The position numbers and the translations under genes are program-made. From the UHGV virus genome UHGV-0455966: a stretch of DNA of 41,149 nucleotides. One strand, given 5' to 3'. The stretch's first letter is position 1. Every line of letters begins with the position of its first letter. Below the pieces are notes generated by a model, which was not told the origin of the DNA, searched no databases, and was given only the letters and a program-made list of their open reading frames with translations. Positions 23,806 to 34,776 of the stretch are shown here, one piece after another. The DNA is from a virus.

Positions 23806-26800
23806 CTATTTCATCTGCTCTTCAACTTTATTTAGTAACGGTGATATTGCCCACAGGTTCTGAAAAGGTAGCATTTTACGGACCGCGTGGGTTTGCTGGC
23901 TGTCAAATTCTCCGTTAAGTACACCATTCGCAACCGTCGCGGCATCACCGCCAAGATCAAAGGTAGGACCAAGTAAAGCACCAATAGCATTACGACTCTG
24001 AAACCTTGATACCGGAGGCGCACCAAACATCGCGCCAAGACCAAACCTACCGCCGCTTATGTTCTCAACGGTATTCAGCGGCTCAGAGAGCCAGCCAAGC
24101 ATTCCGCCCCGGTCGATCCCCTCTTTCACAAGGTTATTCCAGCTGTAGTCAATATCGCGACCGCTTAACTTCTGTTTCATCATATAGACCATTGAGCCAA
24201 GCGCAATCGTGCCAAGCGCACCAAGATAGAATGCAGCATCGCCCTGCTGGATACCAGATACCAGCACCCTGTTATGCTGTGCGAAGATAAACGTTTTGAA
24301 CTGCGTGATCATCTTCCAGCCTTCTTTACTAAAAAACAGCGGTGTATCACCTACGCCAGGCGTTACAATCACTGAGTCTACATCTTTCAGCACTGCAGAC
24401 TGGAAAATCTCTCTAGCGAAACGGTCATCCCACAGATGACTATGCCCGGTTAACAGCCCGTCCATATCCTCTCCGTGCTTCCCGAATTGCTCCCCGATTC
24501 GGCGCAGAACATCTTCATTGATGCCGACCTGTGCCATCTTCCGCATTTCACTTTTGGAGAGCGTGCCACCAGCAGAAACTTGGCGAGCCGCGTCAAGTAT
24601 CCTCGACTGCACTATCATCCCGGACCATGATTTAAGTGCGCTGTTCCACTGATTCATCAGCGTCCAGTTACCGAATTTCTGCGTCATCCAGTTCAGGCCT
24701 CGCTCAGCGGCGCTTCTCCGGCTATATGGGTCAGTAAGATCCGCTATAGCCTTTGTACGCGTAGACAGGACATAATCAAGCCCAACGGCCATTTCTCGCA
24801 AATCCCTGGTTGCAATTTTCACTGAGTCCATATTTTTAAGCATGCTTACCATTGGTCCGAGAGATTTTCTCAGGCCATGCTGCATCATCGGTCGCATCAG
24901 ATCAGTTGCAGCGGAGACAGTCATTCCACCAAGCAAACGGAGGAAGTTAATATTCCTAGCAACTCGCCCGGCACGAACAAAGAAACTGCGTGGATCTTGA
25001 GGTGCACCGTAAGTACCAAGCAGTCGATCACGCATAGCCGTAATATCCCTAATATCAGCCTCCCGTTGCTTCTCAAGAACTGCACGTCGTTTAGGCGTTT
25101 TAGCCTCTTTTATTAGCCGGGTATATTCCTCACTAACCTGACGGATTTGCTCCCCCATATCTTTACGGCCAAACTGCGCAGTCAGCTCAATTTCTGGTGC
25201 CACCTGCCGGAGATAACTTTCCATGATGTAGTTAACATCTGATTCAAGAAAATCTTCTATACGCTCATCAGGAATAAGCAGCGTTCTGCTTTTAGTGAAA
25301 CCAGCCCGACCAACGAGTCTCTCTGGGATAATATCGGCTGGTACAAGCCCGGAAGGTGCACCTATTATTTTATTCACGATCTCGTCAGCAGCGTCCTCTG
25401 CTTCCTCTCGGGATAGAGGCTCCATCTGCTTCAGTGCTCGTTCGCGGCTTGCATTCAGCCTTGTGGTTGAATTTGCCCGTTTTTGCAGTCGGCGAAGCTC
25501 AGAACGATATTTCCGTGGATTATCCAGCAACTCCATATGGCGCTGATAGACAGGAAGCTCACTCTTTGCCTGCGCTATATCATCAAGGCGTGTTTTAAGG
25601 TCAGAGCTTTCTTTCATCATTCTTGCCTGAAGTTTTTCTGATGAAGTCTCGGCCAACTCTTTTTCTATTCTTGTAAGACGCGCCTGTGTGTCAGTCTCCT
25701 GAGATATAAGCTTATTTCGTTTATCCAGTTCTTCCATGAGTAGAATTTTTTTACCAGACCATTTCTCCGCTTCAGCGATTTCACTAGCGAGAGCATCAGC
25801 GCGCGGTGCCGATTCCTCTGCAGTTTTTAGCAATGAATTTATCCTTTCAATTCGCTGACCTGCCTTGTCAGCACCTTTGGCACTAATCCCTTGTATCCAG
25901 TTGGCAATTCGCCCTCTGAATTCAGTGCGGTCGGAAAGTATCTTATCGAACTTATAAATGCGGGGAAGATAACTTTTCGCCGTCACGACATCGATATCCT
26001 CAGGAAGGATCCCCAGTTCCTGCATACGGGCTTTTGTGGTCTCGAAAATGGGGCGGATTCTGGCAGCTGCTTGTGAAACCTCAGGAATATCACTCTGATC
26101 ACCACGGCGCATAGCCATGCCAACAGCTTCATTGAAATCAATAAAGTTCATCCTCTTCACGCCGCGGGCGCTAACAGATTTGCTGTACTGCTGGTAAGCA
26201 TCACGAGTGGCTTCCATCTGCTTATAAAGCATGGCGTCGTATTGCTTAATCTTAGTCTCGACTGCCGTAAACGTAGCCAACCCCTCATCATTTTTGGCGA
26301 AGAAATAGTTATTTTCGGCAAGCTGCTGGTTAATCTGACGGGAGACAAGAGATGGTGATTGCGCCAAGCGGCCAGCAGGAGTGACACTCAACGTTTTGTT
26401 AGCAAGTCCAAGTCCAGCGAGCTGTTCCTGATCGAGTGTGGTATTGAAAACCTGAGCTGCACCAATGCTTTGAGGAGAATCCATACCTCGCAAATGATTA
26501 CCTACTGAGTTAACCACTGCCTCGCGCGCGCCAGGTCCAGCAAGTAGCTGTGCACCAGCACCAAGGATCCCACCAACGAGAGCATCAACAACAACGTTCG
26601 ATACGCTCTCCATCGGTGAGCGAGCTTCCTGAGTGGCCTGTAATGCGGCCTCTGAAGCAACACTGCCAGCAGCATTCGCCAGGGCAAAACGCCCGGCTGT
26701 TTCTGCAATACGACCGCCACGAACGACAGCGCCGAACGGAATAAACATAGAAATCGCATTGAATGGATCTGCTAATCTCATTGCTACAGAAGAGACTGTA

Positions 26801-27195
26801 CCAGCAAATCCCAAGCCTGAATTGTATTCCATGTCAGCTCTCTGCTGATCGATTCGATGTTTAATTGCCATTGTTTCTTCAGGCGAACCGGAGTTGATAA
26901 ACGAATCTGCAAAATCTTCATAGCCTTTAATATCTGCTGCATCGTTATCAAATGGGTTATATCCTTCAACCCTGTCAAACTGACTGAAAGGAGCACTGGC
27001 AATAAAGCTACCCAGCGTGTTATCTATACGAAATGCTGCTTGTCTAGACCTTTGAACGCGTTGATCACTGGTAAATGGGTTCACAGCAGAAAGCAAAGAA
27101 GGTGTTTCCATATAGAAATTACTGTCATCAGGTGCTGCTATTTGCTGAATATCCTCGCCAAGCAACTCTTTAGGATCCTGTTCATATATCGGCAT
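23806..27195 (-). CDS. large internal virion / ejection protein (T7 gp16-like position)
   Basis: 1129 aa, long coiled-coil regions, C-terminal hydrophobic segment; last large gene of virion module. Confidence 0.6.
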   Translation of the reverse strand: MPIYEQDPKELLGEDIQQIAAPDDSNFYMETPSLLSAVNPFTSDQRVQRSRQAAFRIDNTLGSFIASAPFSQFDRVEGYNPFDNDAADIKGYEDFADSFINSGSPEETMAIKHRIDQQRADMEYNSGLGFAGTVSSVAMRLADPFNAISMFIPFGAVVRGGRIAETAGRFALANAAGSVASEAALQATQEARSPMESVSNVVVDALVGGILGAGAQLLAGPGAREAVVNSVGNHLRGMDSPQSIGAAQVFNTTLDQEQLAGLGLANKTLSVTPAGRLAQSPSLVSRQINQQLAENNYFFAKNDEGLATFTAVETKIKQYDAMLYKQMEATRDAYQQYSKSVSARGVKRMNFIDFNEAVGMAMRRGDQSDIPEVSQAAARIRPIFETTKARMQELGILPEDIDVVTAKSYLPRIYKFDKILSDRTEFRGRIANWIQGISAKGADKAGQRIERINSLLKTAEESAPRADALASEIAEAEKWSGKKILLMEELDKRNKLISQETDTQARLTRIEKELAETSSEKLQARMMKESSDLKTRLDDIAQAKSELPVYQRHMELLDNPRKYRSELRRLQKRANSTTRLNASRERALKQMEPLSREEAEDAADEIVNKIIGAPSGLVPADIIPERLVGRAGFTKSRTLLIPDERIEDFLESDVNYIMESYLRQVAPEIELTAQFGRKDMGEQIRQVSEEYTRLIKEAKTPKRRAVLEKQREADIRDITAMRDRLLGTYGAPQDPRSFFVRAGRVARNINFLRLLGGMTVSAATDLMRPMMQHGLRKSLGPMVSMLKNMDSVKIATRDLREMAVGLDYVLSTRTKAIADLTDPYSRRSAAERGLNWMTQKFGNWTLMNQWNSALKSWSGMIVQSRILDAARQVSAGGTLSKSEMRKMAQVGINEDVLRRIGEQFGKHGEDMDGLLTGHSHLWDDRFAREIFQSAVLKDVDSVIVTPGVGDTPLFFSKEGWKMITQFKTFIFAQHNRVLVSGIQQGDAAFYLGALGTIALGSMVYMMKQKLSGRDIDYSWNNLVKEGIDRGGMLGWLSEPLNTVENISGGRFGLGAMFGAPPVSRFQSRNAIGALLGPTFDLGGDAATVANGVLNGEFDSQQTHAVRKMLPFQNLWAISPLLNKVEEQMK

Positions 27196-29942
27196 TATTT
27201 GCCCCCTGCGTATATATTGCTCGGAAGGTAATTGGCTGAACCATAACCGAATGGTTTGGTCAGATCTGGAGGAGTATATCCATCTTTATTGCTGAACTGC
27301 GGCAGCGGATTGCCTTCTCTCCGCACTCTAGCCTCATCAACACGTTGTTGCTGGAACTGAATGGTTTGCCTGTACATTGGAGATGTCAGCTGATCCGGCT
27401 TGAAACGAACAGGGAGACCATTTTCTCCAATATAATTTCTCGGTTCTATCGCTCCGTTTGCGTCAGGCTGTAAAACCATAACAGCATAACTCCTATCCCT
27501 TGCCGTAAGGCCATCAGAAACAAGTATTAAGTCCGTATCACTGCGAGGACCGCCAAAGGATTTTGATTTAAGCTCGCGTTTTTCCTGCTCCCACTGCCCC
27601 TGTATCCAGTTACCAGCACCATTATTTACTCCGTACAATGCCTCAGGTGCATACTTCATAACCTCTGCTTTGCCATTAACTGTAGAAACTCCCCAGGTGG
27701 TTCTGATCATGGCATTGGTCATTTTCTCAGCCTGTTCTGCATCGCCACCTGTCTGTACAAAGTTAGCATCGTAAATTGTCTGGTAATCTCGCTGATAGGC
27801 CGCATTTGATTTTCCTGGATCGGTAATATCCGGAGACCACGAACCAAAGGAAGTCAGACTGCTGGCGTTATTTTGTGCAGCAGTTGCCCTCGCCGCGACA
27901 TATTTTTTGTCTCGCATGGCAGTGGAAAGCATCTGTTTCATTCGGTCATCCTGTTGGAACACCTGGCTGTAAGCCATATCAACAGCCTTATCCTCCGGCA
28001 CGCCAGCGCGGGAATAATCGTAAACCTTGCCGTAAAATGCCATCGTACTTTTATCAAGTGTTGCCGCTGCCGCCGGATTATTATCGAATAACTGACCGTA
28101 GAATTTTGCCATCGGGACAACCAGCGCAGGATCTCTTGATGTTGCTCCACTGTTAAGCATTGTTTTAACCTGAGTTGGTATCATGCCGCTTTTAGTTGTG
28201 ACGGTGACCAGTGTATTGATGCTCTGCGGATCAGATATGGAAAACGAAGGCGCGATATCCTGCGCGAAATAACGGTCTACCGCTGCCTGATTGTTTTTGT
28301 CGTTCGGGTCCAGCGGGAAGTTATTTTGCATTGAAGACACGAACCTGTTTCTTCCCTGCTGAATCTCCCACTCCCTATCCATCTCTTTAAATTTGGCCTG
28401 CATTTTCTCCCAGCGTTGCTGGTTAGCTGCAAATCCAGGAGCGTTTGGATCCTGTGGACGTAAACGTTCAAGAATGTCTTGTCGTCCTTCTGGAGTGAGG
28501 TCTTTAGCGGCACCAATGACACCTCCATATTGTATCTGCGCCTGCATATCCTTCCACTTCATAGCGCCAATGCGCGGACCATTGGCCCGGATAAAATCGT
28601 CCTCAGAAGGTAACTTCTCAGGTTTCAATCCTTCATCAAGGGCTGAATATGCATCTTTAACTACGGTGCTAAGCTGGTCCGCATACTGCTGGCGGTACTG
28701 ATTTCTCAGCTCATTAGCCTGCCTCAATGCCTGTATTTGCATTTGAGGGCTCATAGCATCAAATGCCGCATTGCCCGTATAACGCTTAGGTGAATCAAGG
28801 TTAGTTAGACCAAGGGCTGCCGAGATACCAGTTTCAAGCTGTTCGGTGCTATAAGGCATACTGCCATTTTCGTGTTTAATAATCCCAGCACATAAAGCAG
28901 CTAGTGTCTTTGGGTTAGAGATATCAAGCTGATCATTCTCCCCAACACCAAGCTCACCACACAATGCCCTAATATAAGCATCAGTATTATTACCATCACT
29001 AGCCGGAGCATAGCGATTAACAATCTCGCTAACGGTGTCATAGCCTTGACGCTGGTAAGACAACATATTTTTACCCAACGCGCGGATTCCATGCTCAGGG
29101 GTAGCAAACGTTGCAAAACGTCCATCGCTACCGATCTGACCTTCCCACGGGTTAGATTTGCTCGCTTCAATATTACCAGGGTTATTATTACGTAAACCAC
29201 GAGCATCCAATGAATTACCATGTGATATTGCACGACTCACACCATCAAGATCCCCTGGCTCTCCATTAACCTGAAGAAACTCGTTGTATTTTTGAGCGAT
29301 ATTTCCTATCCATGCTTGCTGCCCCATTTGTTCCTTGAGCTGAGTTTTCTGCTGAACACGCCACTCATCAGGAAGCCCATGCGCATCAGCGTATTGATCA
29401 ATAGATTCAAATCGCTGCTTGGCTAAATCGACAAATGCTTGGTTATCGCTATATAGCCCCGCAGACTGAGTGACAGCCAATGCATTTCCTGACAAATACG
29501 TTTGATCTTGGAATTGCTGAAACTGCCCAACTTCATATCGACGTGCCTGATTGTAATAAGACTGCATAGACTGCTGGAGTTGAAAGGATAATTTATTCCT
29601 TTCCTCACTTTCAGGAATTGAGCCTAATAATGCCTGAGCCCTTTCCTGCATATTTTTCATAACAGCGTCACTCTGACCAAGAGCGTTTTTACCCTGTTTA
29701 GAAATCAGCCCACTTTCAGGGTTGTTAATCTGGTCATCTGCAAATTGGTTAAATTGCAGTAACGCCTCCTGGGCCATAGCAACATTCGCTTTCTGCCTGG
29801 CTTCACCATATGCCACCGCATACTGATCTGCGACATTCGCCAGCACCTGACCTGCTTGAGGAACATCGAAGATCTGAAAACCACCGGTTTGCACACCACG
29901 ACTTTGCACCTGGCGTCCGGATGTAGTAGGAACAACAGGCAT
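27195..29942 (-). CDS. internal virion protein with putative peptidoglycan-hydrolase domain (T7 gp15/16-like position)
   Basis: 915 aa; segment RGLRNNNPGNIEASKSNPWEGQIGSDGRFATFATPEHGIRALGKNMLSY resembles virion-associated muralytic domains by eye. Confidence 0.55.
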   Translation of the reverse strand: MPVVPTTSGRQVQSRGVQTGGFQIFDVPQAGQVLANVADQYAVAYGEARQKANVAMAQEALLQFNQFADDQINNPESGLISKQGKNALGQSDAVMKNMQERAQALLGSIPESEERNKLSFQLQQSMQSYYNQARRYEVGQFQQFQDQTYLSGNALAVTQSAGLYSDNQAFVDLAKQRFESIDQYADAHGLPDEWRVQQKTQLKEQMGQQAWIGNIAQKYNEFLQVNGEPGDLDGVSRAISHGNSLDARGLRNNNPGNIEASKSNPWEGQIGSDGRFATFATPEHGIRALGKNMLSYQRQGYDTVSEIVNRYAPASDGNNTDAYIRALCGELGVGENDQLDISNPKTLAALCAGIIKHENGSMPYSTEQLETGISAALGLTNLDSPKRYTGNAAFDAMSPQMQIQALRQANELRNQYRQQYADQLSTVVKDAYSALDEGLKPEKLPSEDDFIRANGPRIGAMKWKDMQAQIQYGGVIGAAKDLTPEGRQDILERLRPQDPNAPGFAANQQRWEKMQAKFKEMDREWEIQQGRNRFVSSMQNNFPLDPNDKNNQAAVDRYFAQDIAPSFSISDPQSINTLVTVTTKSGMIPTQVKTMLNSGATSRDPALVVPMAKFYGQLFDNNPAAAATLDKSTMAFYGKVYDYSRAGVPEDKAVDMAYSQVFQQDDRMKQMLSTAMRDKKYVAARATAAQNNASSLTSFGSWSPDITDPGKSNAAYQRDYQTIYDANFVQTGGDAEQAEKMTNAMIRTTWGVSTVNGKAEVMKYAPEALYGVNNGAGNWIQGQWEQEKRELKSKSFGGPRSDTDLILVSDGLTARDRSYAVMVLQPDANGAIEPRNYIGENGLPVRFKPDQLTSPMYRQTIQFQQQRVDEARVRREGNPLPQFSNKDGYTPPDLTKPFGYGSANYLPSNIYAGGK

Positions 29943-30517
29943 CAGTAACCTCCTATTTTGAATCGGGAGTCAGAATTCATAAAACCTGAGTTAGATAACA
30001 TTGGCGTCCCACCACTAGATGTACTTCCTTTAGAGAACGGACTCCACGTCCCACCAAACATCTGGTACGCACCGTATGCCTTCAGAGGCGCAGTGAGTAA
30101 AGTTGTTGCTGCTCCCACATTCCCCTGTTTACGGGCTGAACTGGCTTCTGCTTTATAGTTGGCAGCCTGAACCTGATAACCGTAAGCCTCGCGTTGCGCG
30201 TTATTCACCGTCGTCAGAGAATCAAGAGCGCCAAACTGGGCAGTGTCGCCAAATATATCCAGCGCGTTACCTGTAGATAAATCAGCGCCGGTAGCCCCCA
30301 TTGTCGCCGCCTGTGTACCAAGCCGCTGTCGGGTCTCTCTGCGCCGTTGCTCAGCTTCAGCGTTACCTCTGTTTATTGCATCATTTGCCTGAGCTGTGGC
30401 TATATCTGCGTTCGCTTCTGCAACCTTCGAGGCATACTTTCCCTGTTGGTACTGGGTGTATGCCTGAATGCCACTCATGGCGAGCATTGCGCCACCAGCA
30501 ATAACCGGATCGCACAT
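29942..30517 (-). CDS. internal virion protein (T7 gp14-like position)
   Basis: 191 aa Ala/Gly/Gln-rich protein between the gp13-like gene and the large internal proteins. Confidence 0.5.
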   Translation of the reverse strand: MCDPVIAGGAMLAMSGIQAYTQYQQGKYASKVAEANADIATAQANDAINRGNAEAEQRRRETRQRLGTQAATMGATGADLSTGNALDIFGDTAQFGALDSLTTVNNAQREAYGYQVQAANYKAEASSARKQGNVGAATTLLTAPLKAYGAYQMFGGTWSPFSKGSTSSGGTPMLSNSGFMNSDSRFKIGGY

Positions 30518-30981
30518 TATTTTCTCTCCATGTGAAATCTGTGGAAATTAAGACCAAGAGCACCATAAGGCGCGGCTTCTTCAAGCCTGAATCCAAGCCA
30601 GTGCAGCCATGCTTTGGCAACATGGTTTCGCTCGTCGACGTAGTTTTCCAGGCGCGGATAAACTGCCAGCATCTGCTGCAATACAGGGCGGCAGTGGCGC
30701 AGAAATGTCTTCTGATATTTTTCAATACGGCTGGTTCCTACCAGCCAGGGCGTACCATTGCCACCGATCATTGACGCCGGAGATACGCCAAACATGGTTA
30801 CCAGTTCTCCGTTCGCAAATCCTGACCAGGCCATAGTCGCAGTGCGAAGACCAACACGCAGCGCATCTTCGGTAGTCATCAGCGATACCGCATACAGTTC
30901 GTCAATATCAGCCTGACGAACATCCGGCAAAATCATCTGAAGATGCTCTTCGGTGGCGGGAATAATTTGAACATCGATCAT
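30517..30981 (-). CDS. virion assembly/internal protein (T7 gp13-like position)
   Basis: 154 aa; ATGA-coupled to tail tubular B gene. Confidence 0.45.
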   Translation of the reverse strand: MIDVQIIPATEEHLQMILPDVRQADIDELYAVSLMTTEDALRVGLRTATMAWSGFANGELVTMFGVSPASMIGGNGTPWLVGTSRIEKYQKTFLRHCRPVLQQMLAVYPRLENYVDERNHVAKAWLHWLGFRLEEAAPYGALGLNFHRFHMERK

Positions 30982-33452
30982 CAGAATCCCCCAACAGTAA
31001 GACGAGGAATAACGGCAAGAACAGACAGCGGCAACGGGTCAAGCTGACGGATTCTTACACGTCCGTTTTTGCCCCAGTTACTGTCCAGTTTCACTTCTAC
31101 TTTTCCGGTAGCGTCATCAACAGGATCATCGTAGAACTCGAATTCACGCTGTGGATATTCGTACCATTTACCGCCGGGCGTAGTCGCCCAGATGCCGCGG
31201 CTGGCATTCACAACCAGAGTAACGGATGGGATCACCTGTTTTTTGTCCAGCAGCGTTTCCTGTCCGTTAATGTTGATATCCAGTGTTTCGAATTCAGCAG
31301 TTATTGGCAGGCCGATGTGCACTACAGCCCCCGGTGATTCCAGCGTGACGGCACCTCCGGAAACTACTTTCTGTGGTTCCACGTTCGCATCAGAGAGGAT
31401 GTTTACGGTCTGACCTTCAAGATGAGACAAGCCGCCAAATGCCCGGCGCGCCATCTGCCAGTTCGTGGTGGCCACATTCCTGAGGGATGGCGGGACGTTC
31501 CTGTTAGCACGAACCACTACAGCGGTGTTGCTGGTTACAGAAATAATGTCGCAACGTAATTCTTTTGACACTTCATCGCCAGTATCAGGATCAGTTCCGG
31601 TATAAGGGAACTGTAGTTGCGCACCGACATCACTACTGGTGAAGTACGCACCACCAGAAATACTGATTGTATATTCCGCGCGGTAATCCCATTCGCCAGA
31701 ACCACCAGTGATGGTCATCGTTCTGTCAGACGTATTTCTTCCATCATAGCTAAGGCCAGAATCAACAAAGAAAGCATCTTCATCGCTGGTAAATAAACGG
31801 CTGGACAGTCGCTCGATGTATCTCACTGTTTGCCCGTTAACGGTTCGGTTAACGACGAAATACACCGCATCTTCATTTCCTTCGCTGATACTGCATGTGC
31901 TTTCATATTTTCCGGTACTGGATTGTGGTGCCCATGCAAAAACCTGCTGATCACGCAAATAGGTCATCACCAGTAATTTACCGTCATCACGAATGCAGAA
32001 GGCGCTGGAGTAAGGGACAATAGAGAAGCACCAGTCAACAATGCTGTGCTTCTGAAAAAGATGATTGGCAAGGATGGTCAGGTCGTTCCCCTGATAGCCG
32101 TCAACATCGAATGAGTAGGCCAGATCACGGACAACACTGCCTTTCTCCTGGACGAACAGAGCAATATTCGCCACGGCAATTGGTGGGACATTGCTCGAAC
32201 CATTTGATCCCTGAGAGCTGAATGCAAATGATGATGGAGTTAATACTTTGTTCTGGTCGCCGGTGATGACGTACTCACCTCCGGAAGTCAGTGCCACCAG
32301 CGAACCGACATCAATCAGGTGGCGGATCTCATTAACCTGACGCCCGGCATAGGTGTAGATAATTCTGTCGTCATCCTGCGTAGGATTGCTTTTGCCAAAA
32401 TCCTTATAATCCCCAGTACGGCTGGCCCAGATAGTCTGAGGGAACGCTGTCGATGCGGCGAAGTAAAGACGTTGTTGATAATAAACAACCGTGCCAGGAT
32501 AACCGTTAACACTGTTCCAGGCATATTTAGCCCATTTATAGCTGGCATTATCCTCGCCAACGACCTGCGAAGGGATATAGGAAATCACCTCAGCAGTTGC
32601 AGTAGTGCCATTTACAGCAGTTATACGGGCAATGCCAAAACCACTGTGCAGATACTCCCACTCAATGCCAGTATCATCATCACCGGATCCGCCCCAGCCA
32701 TCCCATGATGTGCCTTCTGTATGCGAAGGGCGCAAAGTGCCTGTTTTGCCTGCTGTAACGGCGCGATAGTAGTTACTGTCTGCACGGCGAATATCGCCAA
32801 TCGACGTACTCTTACTGGTTTCCCATACCGGCACAGAATCCACTGCAGGCTGTTCCAGATAGAACAATTTGCCTACCTGCTCCGCGCCAAAAATAGAGGC
32901 GCTTGCCGTTAACGTAATTGTCCCGGTGCTGGCGCTGGCATAAACCGTCACTGACTCATCAATATTGATATCTTCAAATGGCCCGTTCTTCGTTACCACA
33001 TCAACCAGTTGCCAGTTGTCATGCGCATAGCGGCGCAGCTCTTTCGGCGGGTATGCCGGGTGAACCAGCGTAAGCACGTCGGCGCTTTGCGTGAATTTAA
33101 TTCGGAACAGATCGGCTTCAGTATATGGCGTGGCAATTTCATAAATAACATTGCTGCTGTTCAGCACCAACGCACCATCTTTGATAACGCGCATGTACTG
33201 GTGTCCGAACTCCAGAGCATAAGTCTGAACCGTCGAGAATTGGAACGGGATCAGGCGGCATTTCCGATTTGGGTATTTGGCGGCACCGACAAAACGCGTA
33301 CCAGGTCGATTCTCAACGCCGCCATACTGCCGCACGATAAAGTTATCGCACTTGCGCAATGCTACCTGGTACTTCGCCATGTCAATACGCCCGTACAACG
33401 ACGGTCCAATCTCACCACCGGCAAAGCTGGGCTGGATCCAACTGATAGCCAT
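30981..33452 (-). CDS. tail tubular protein B (T7 gp12-like)
   Basis: 823 aa, size and position after tubular A; N-terminal MAISWIQPSFAGGEIGPSL resembles T7 gp12 start MALISQSIKNLKGGISQQPD. Confidence 0.65.
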   Translation of the reverse strand: MAISWIQPSFAGGEIGPSLYGRIDMAKYQVALRKCDNFIVRQYGGVENRPGTRFVGAAKYPNRKCRLIPFQFSTVQTYALEFGHQYMRVIKDGALVLNSSNVIYEIATPYTEADLFRIKFTQSADVLTLVHPAYPPKELRRYAHDNWQLVDVVTKNGPFEDINIDESVTVYASASTGTITLTASASIFGAEQVGKLFYLEQPAVDSVPVWETSKSTSIGDIRRADSNYYRAVTAGKTGTLRPSHTEGTSWDGWGGSGDDDTGIEWEYLHSGFGIARITAVNGTTATAEVISYIPSQVVGEDNASYKWAKYAWNSVNGYPGTVVYYQQRLYFAASTAFPQTIWASRTGDYKDFGKSNPTQDDDRIIYTYAGRQVNEIRHLIDVGSLVALTSGGEYVITGDQNKVLTPSSFAFSSQGSNGSSNVPPIAVANIALFVQEKGSVVRDLAYSFDVDGYQGNDLTILANHLFQKHSIVDWCFSIVPYSSAFCIRDDGKLLVMTYLRDQQVFAWAPQSSTGKYESTCSISEGNEDAVYFVVNRTVNGQTVRYIERLSSRLFTSDEDAFFVDSGLSYDGRNTSDRTMTITGGSGEWDYRAEYTISISGGAYFTSSDVGAQLQFPYTGTDPDTGDEVSKELRCDIISVTSNTAVVVRANRNVPPSLRNVATTNWQMARRAFGGLSHLEGQTVNILSDANVEPQKVVSGGAVTLESPGAVVHIGLPITAEFETLDININGQETLLDKKQVIPSVTLVVNASRGIWATTPGGKWYEYPQREFEFYDDPVDDATGKVEVKLDSNWGKNGRVRIRQLDPLPLSVLAVIPRLTVGGF

Positions 33453-34060
33453 CAGGACAACCTCGCAATGGTAAACTCATCAACCGGTGGCTGTGGTTCC
33501 TGTGATTCATTCTGGCTATGCGAGCCAGCACTAAGAATCACGCGATTGTACATATTGAGGGCAAACGTACCGAGGTCTGCATTCCCAGTCAGCGCCATGT
33601 TAATAGCTGCCGCAAGACGCCAGGCCAACGCCTCCATAAAAATGGCATCAAACATGTTCACATCTGTAACGCGAGAGACATACTTGAGCCATGCCTGAGG
33701 CTGGTCTGTGTAGATCAACTTTCCTGTTCCGTTGGTGTCTGCACCAACTTCGTACTGAACGCGCATTGCTGCTGTTGGATTGCGTACACCAGGAAGCATA
33801 ATTTCAGTAATGCGCAGACAATCTGACGGGTACTGGTACGCATATTCCCAGTCAGGCGGTGGATTGCTCGTATCTGCAAGCGCCACGCGTTTGGTAGCAA
33901 AGTTCCAGTCAAAATCAGAAAGAACAGCATCACGGCAGGCCTCAAAGTGCAGCGAACATTCACCCGCTTCCTTGCTGGCTTCCGTCAGGCTGTTAATACT
34001 GCGGCTGTTGCCAATATTGGACAGCGCACGATTACAGATCTCTACTACAGAGGCCATCAC
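33452..34060 (-). CDS. tail tubular protein A (T7 gp11-like)
   Basis: 202 aa; N-terminal ...VVEICNRALSNIGNSRSINSL... resembles T7 gp11 ...LSAVNDILASIGEPPVSTL... Confidence 0.6.
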   Translation of the reverse strand: MMASVVEICNRALSNIGNSRSINSLTEASKEAGECSLHFEACRDAVLSDFDWNFATKRVALADTSNPPPDWEYAYQYPSDCLRITEIMLPGVRNPTAAMRVQYEVGADTNGTGKLIYTDQPQAWLKYVSRVTDVNMFDAIFMEALAWRLAAAINMALTGNADLGTFALNMYNRVILSAGSHSQNESQEPQPPVDEFTIARLS

Positions 34061-34386
34061 TCACCTCCGTTACCGTACAGAGTTTCAGCCGCTGATTTTT
34101 CTACATCCCTGGAAACAGGAGCGATCGCCATATCAGTGATCTGCAGATCGGCGCTGCGATTAACACCATCGTCAGTTTCTCTGGCAGACAGGCCTCGAAT
34201 AACAGCCTTTGCAGTTATCATCACTTCTGTTCCGACGCCCTGAGGTTGCGCCTTCAGCTTATTCAATGTGTCGTTATTAAGAGTGATGCACAGCCCCCAC
34301 GGGTATTCATCGCGAGTTCTGGTTTCTCCGCTCTCATCCTGGTAGCTGTCAGTGCCGGTTTTGAGGTTTACGAGTTCCATATACAC
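34057..34386 (-). CDS. hypothetical virion-module protein
   Basis: 109-aa ORF between capsid and tubular A genes. Confidence 0.45.
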   Translation of the reverse strand: MYMELVNLKTGTDSYQDESGETRTRDEYPWGLCITLNNDTLNKLKAQPQGVGTEVMITAKAVIRGLSARETDDGVNRSADLQITDMAIAPVSRDVEKSAAETLYGNGGE

Positions 34387-34430
34387 TCCTGCAATAAAGG
34401 GGCCGAAGCCCCTTGTCGGATTCGCGAGGC

Positions 34431-34775
34431 TTACACGCCCAGTTCTTTACGCTTATCTGCGATCTTCTCGCGGAGCGTTTCGGCTTTAGCGTTATGGTGT
34501 GGCTTCTCGTTAAAGAGCAATTCGTACTCTTCACGGAGCTTATCCAGTTCACCATCATCTGACACATCGTTGATGATTTTGGTGCTGGTTGCTGCCATAG
34601 ACACCTTTCCTGCTACCTTTGCTTTTGCCTGTCTGGCTGCATCGTTAACAGGTTCCAGTGCGCTACCAGGCTCACCTTCGTATTCGATTTCTGCCCCCTC
34701 CGGCCACAGTGTGTTATGGATATGAGAGAGGCGCAGAACGCGGTATCTTGGTTTCTCACCTGACATCGATATCAC
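34431..34775 (-). CDS. hypothetical virion-module protein
   Basis: 114-aa ORF, charged/helical. Confidence 0.45.
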   Translation of the reverse strand: MISMSGEKPRYRVLRLSHIHNTLWPEGAEIEYEGEPGSALEPVNDAARQAKAKVAGKVSMAATSTKIINDVSDDGELDKLREEYELLFNEKPHHNAKAETLREKIADKRKELGV

Positions 34776-34776
34776 C

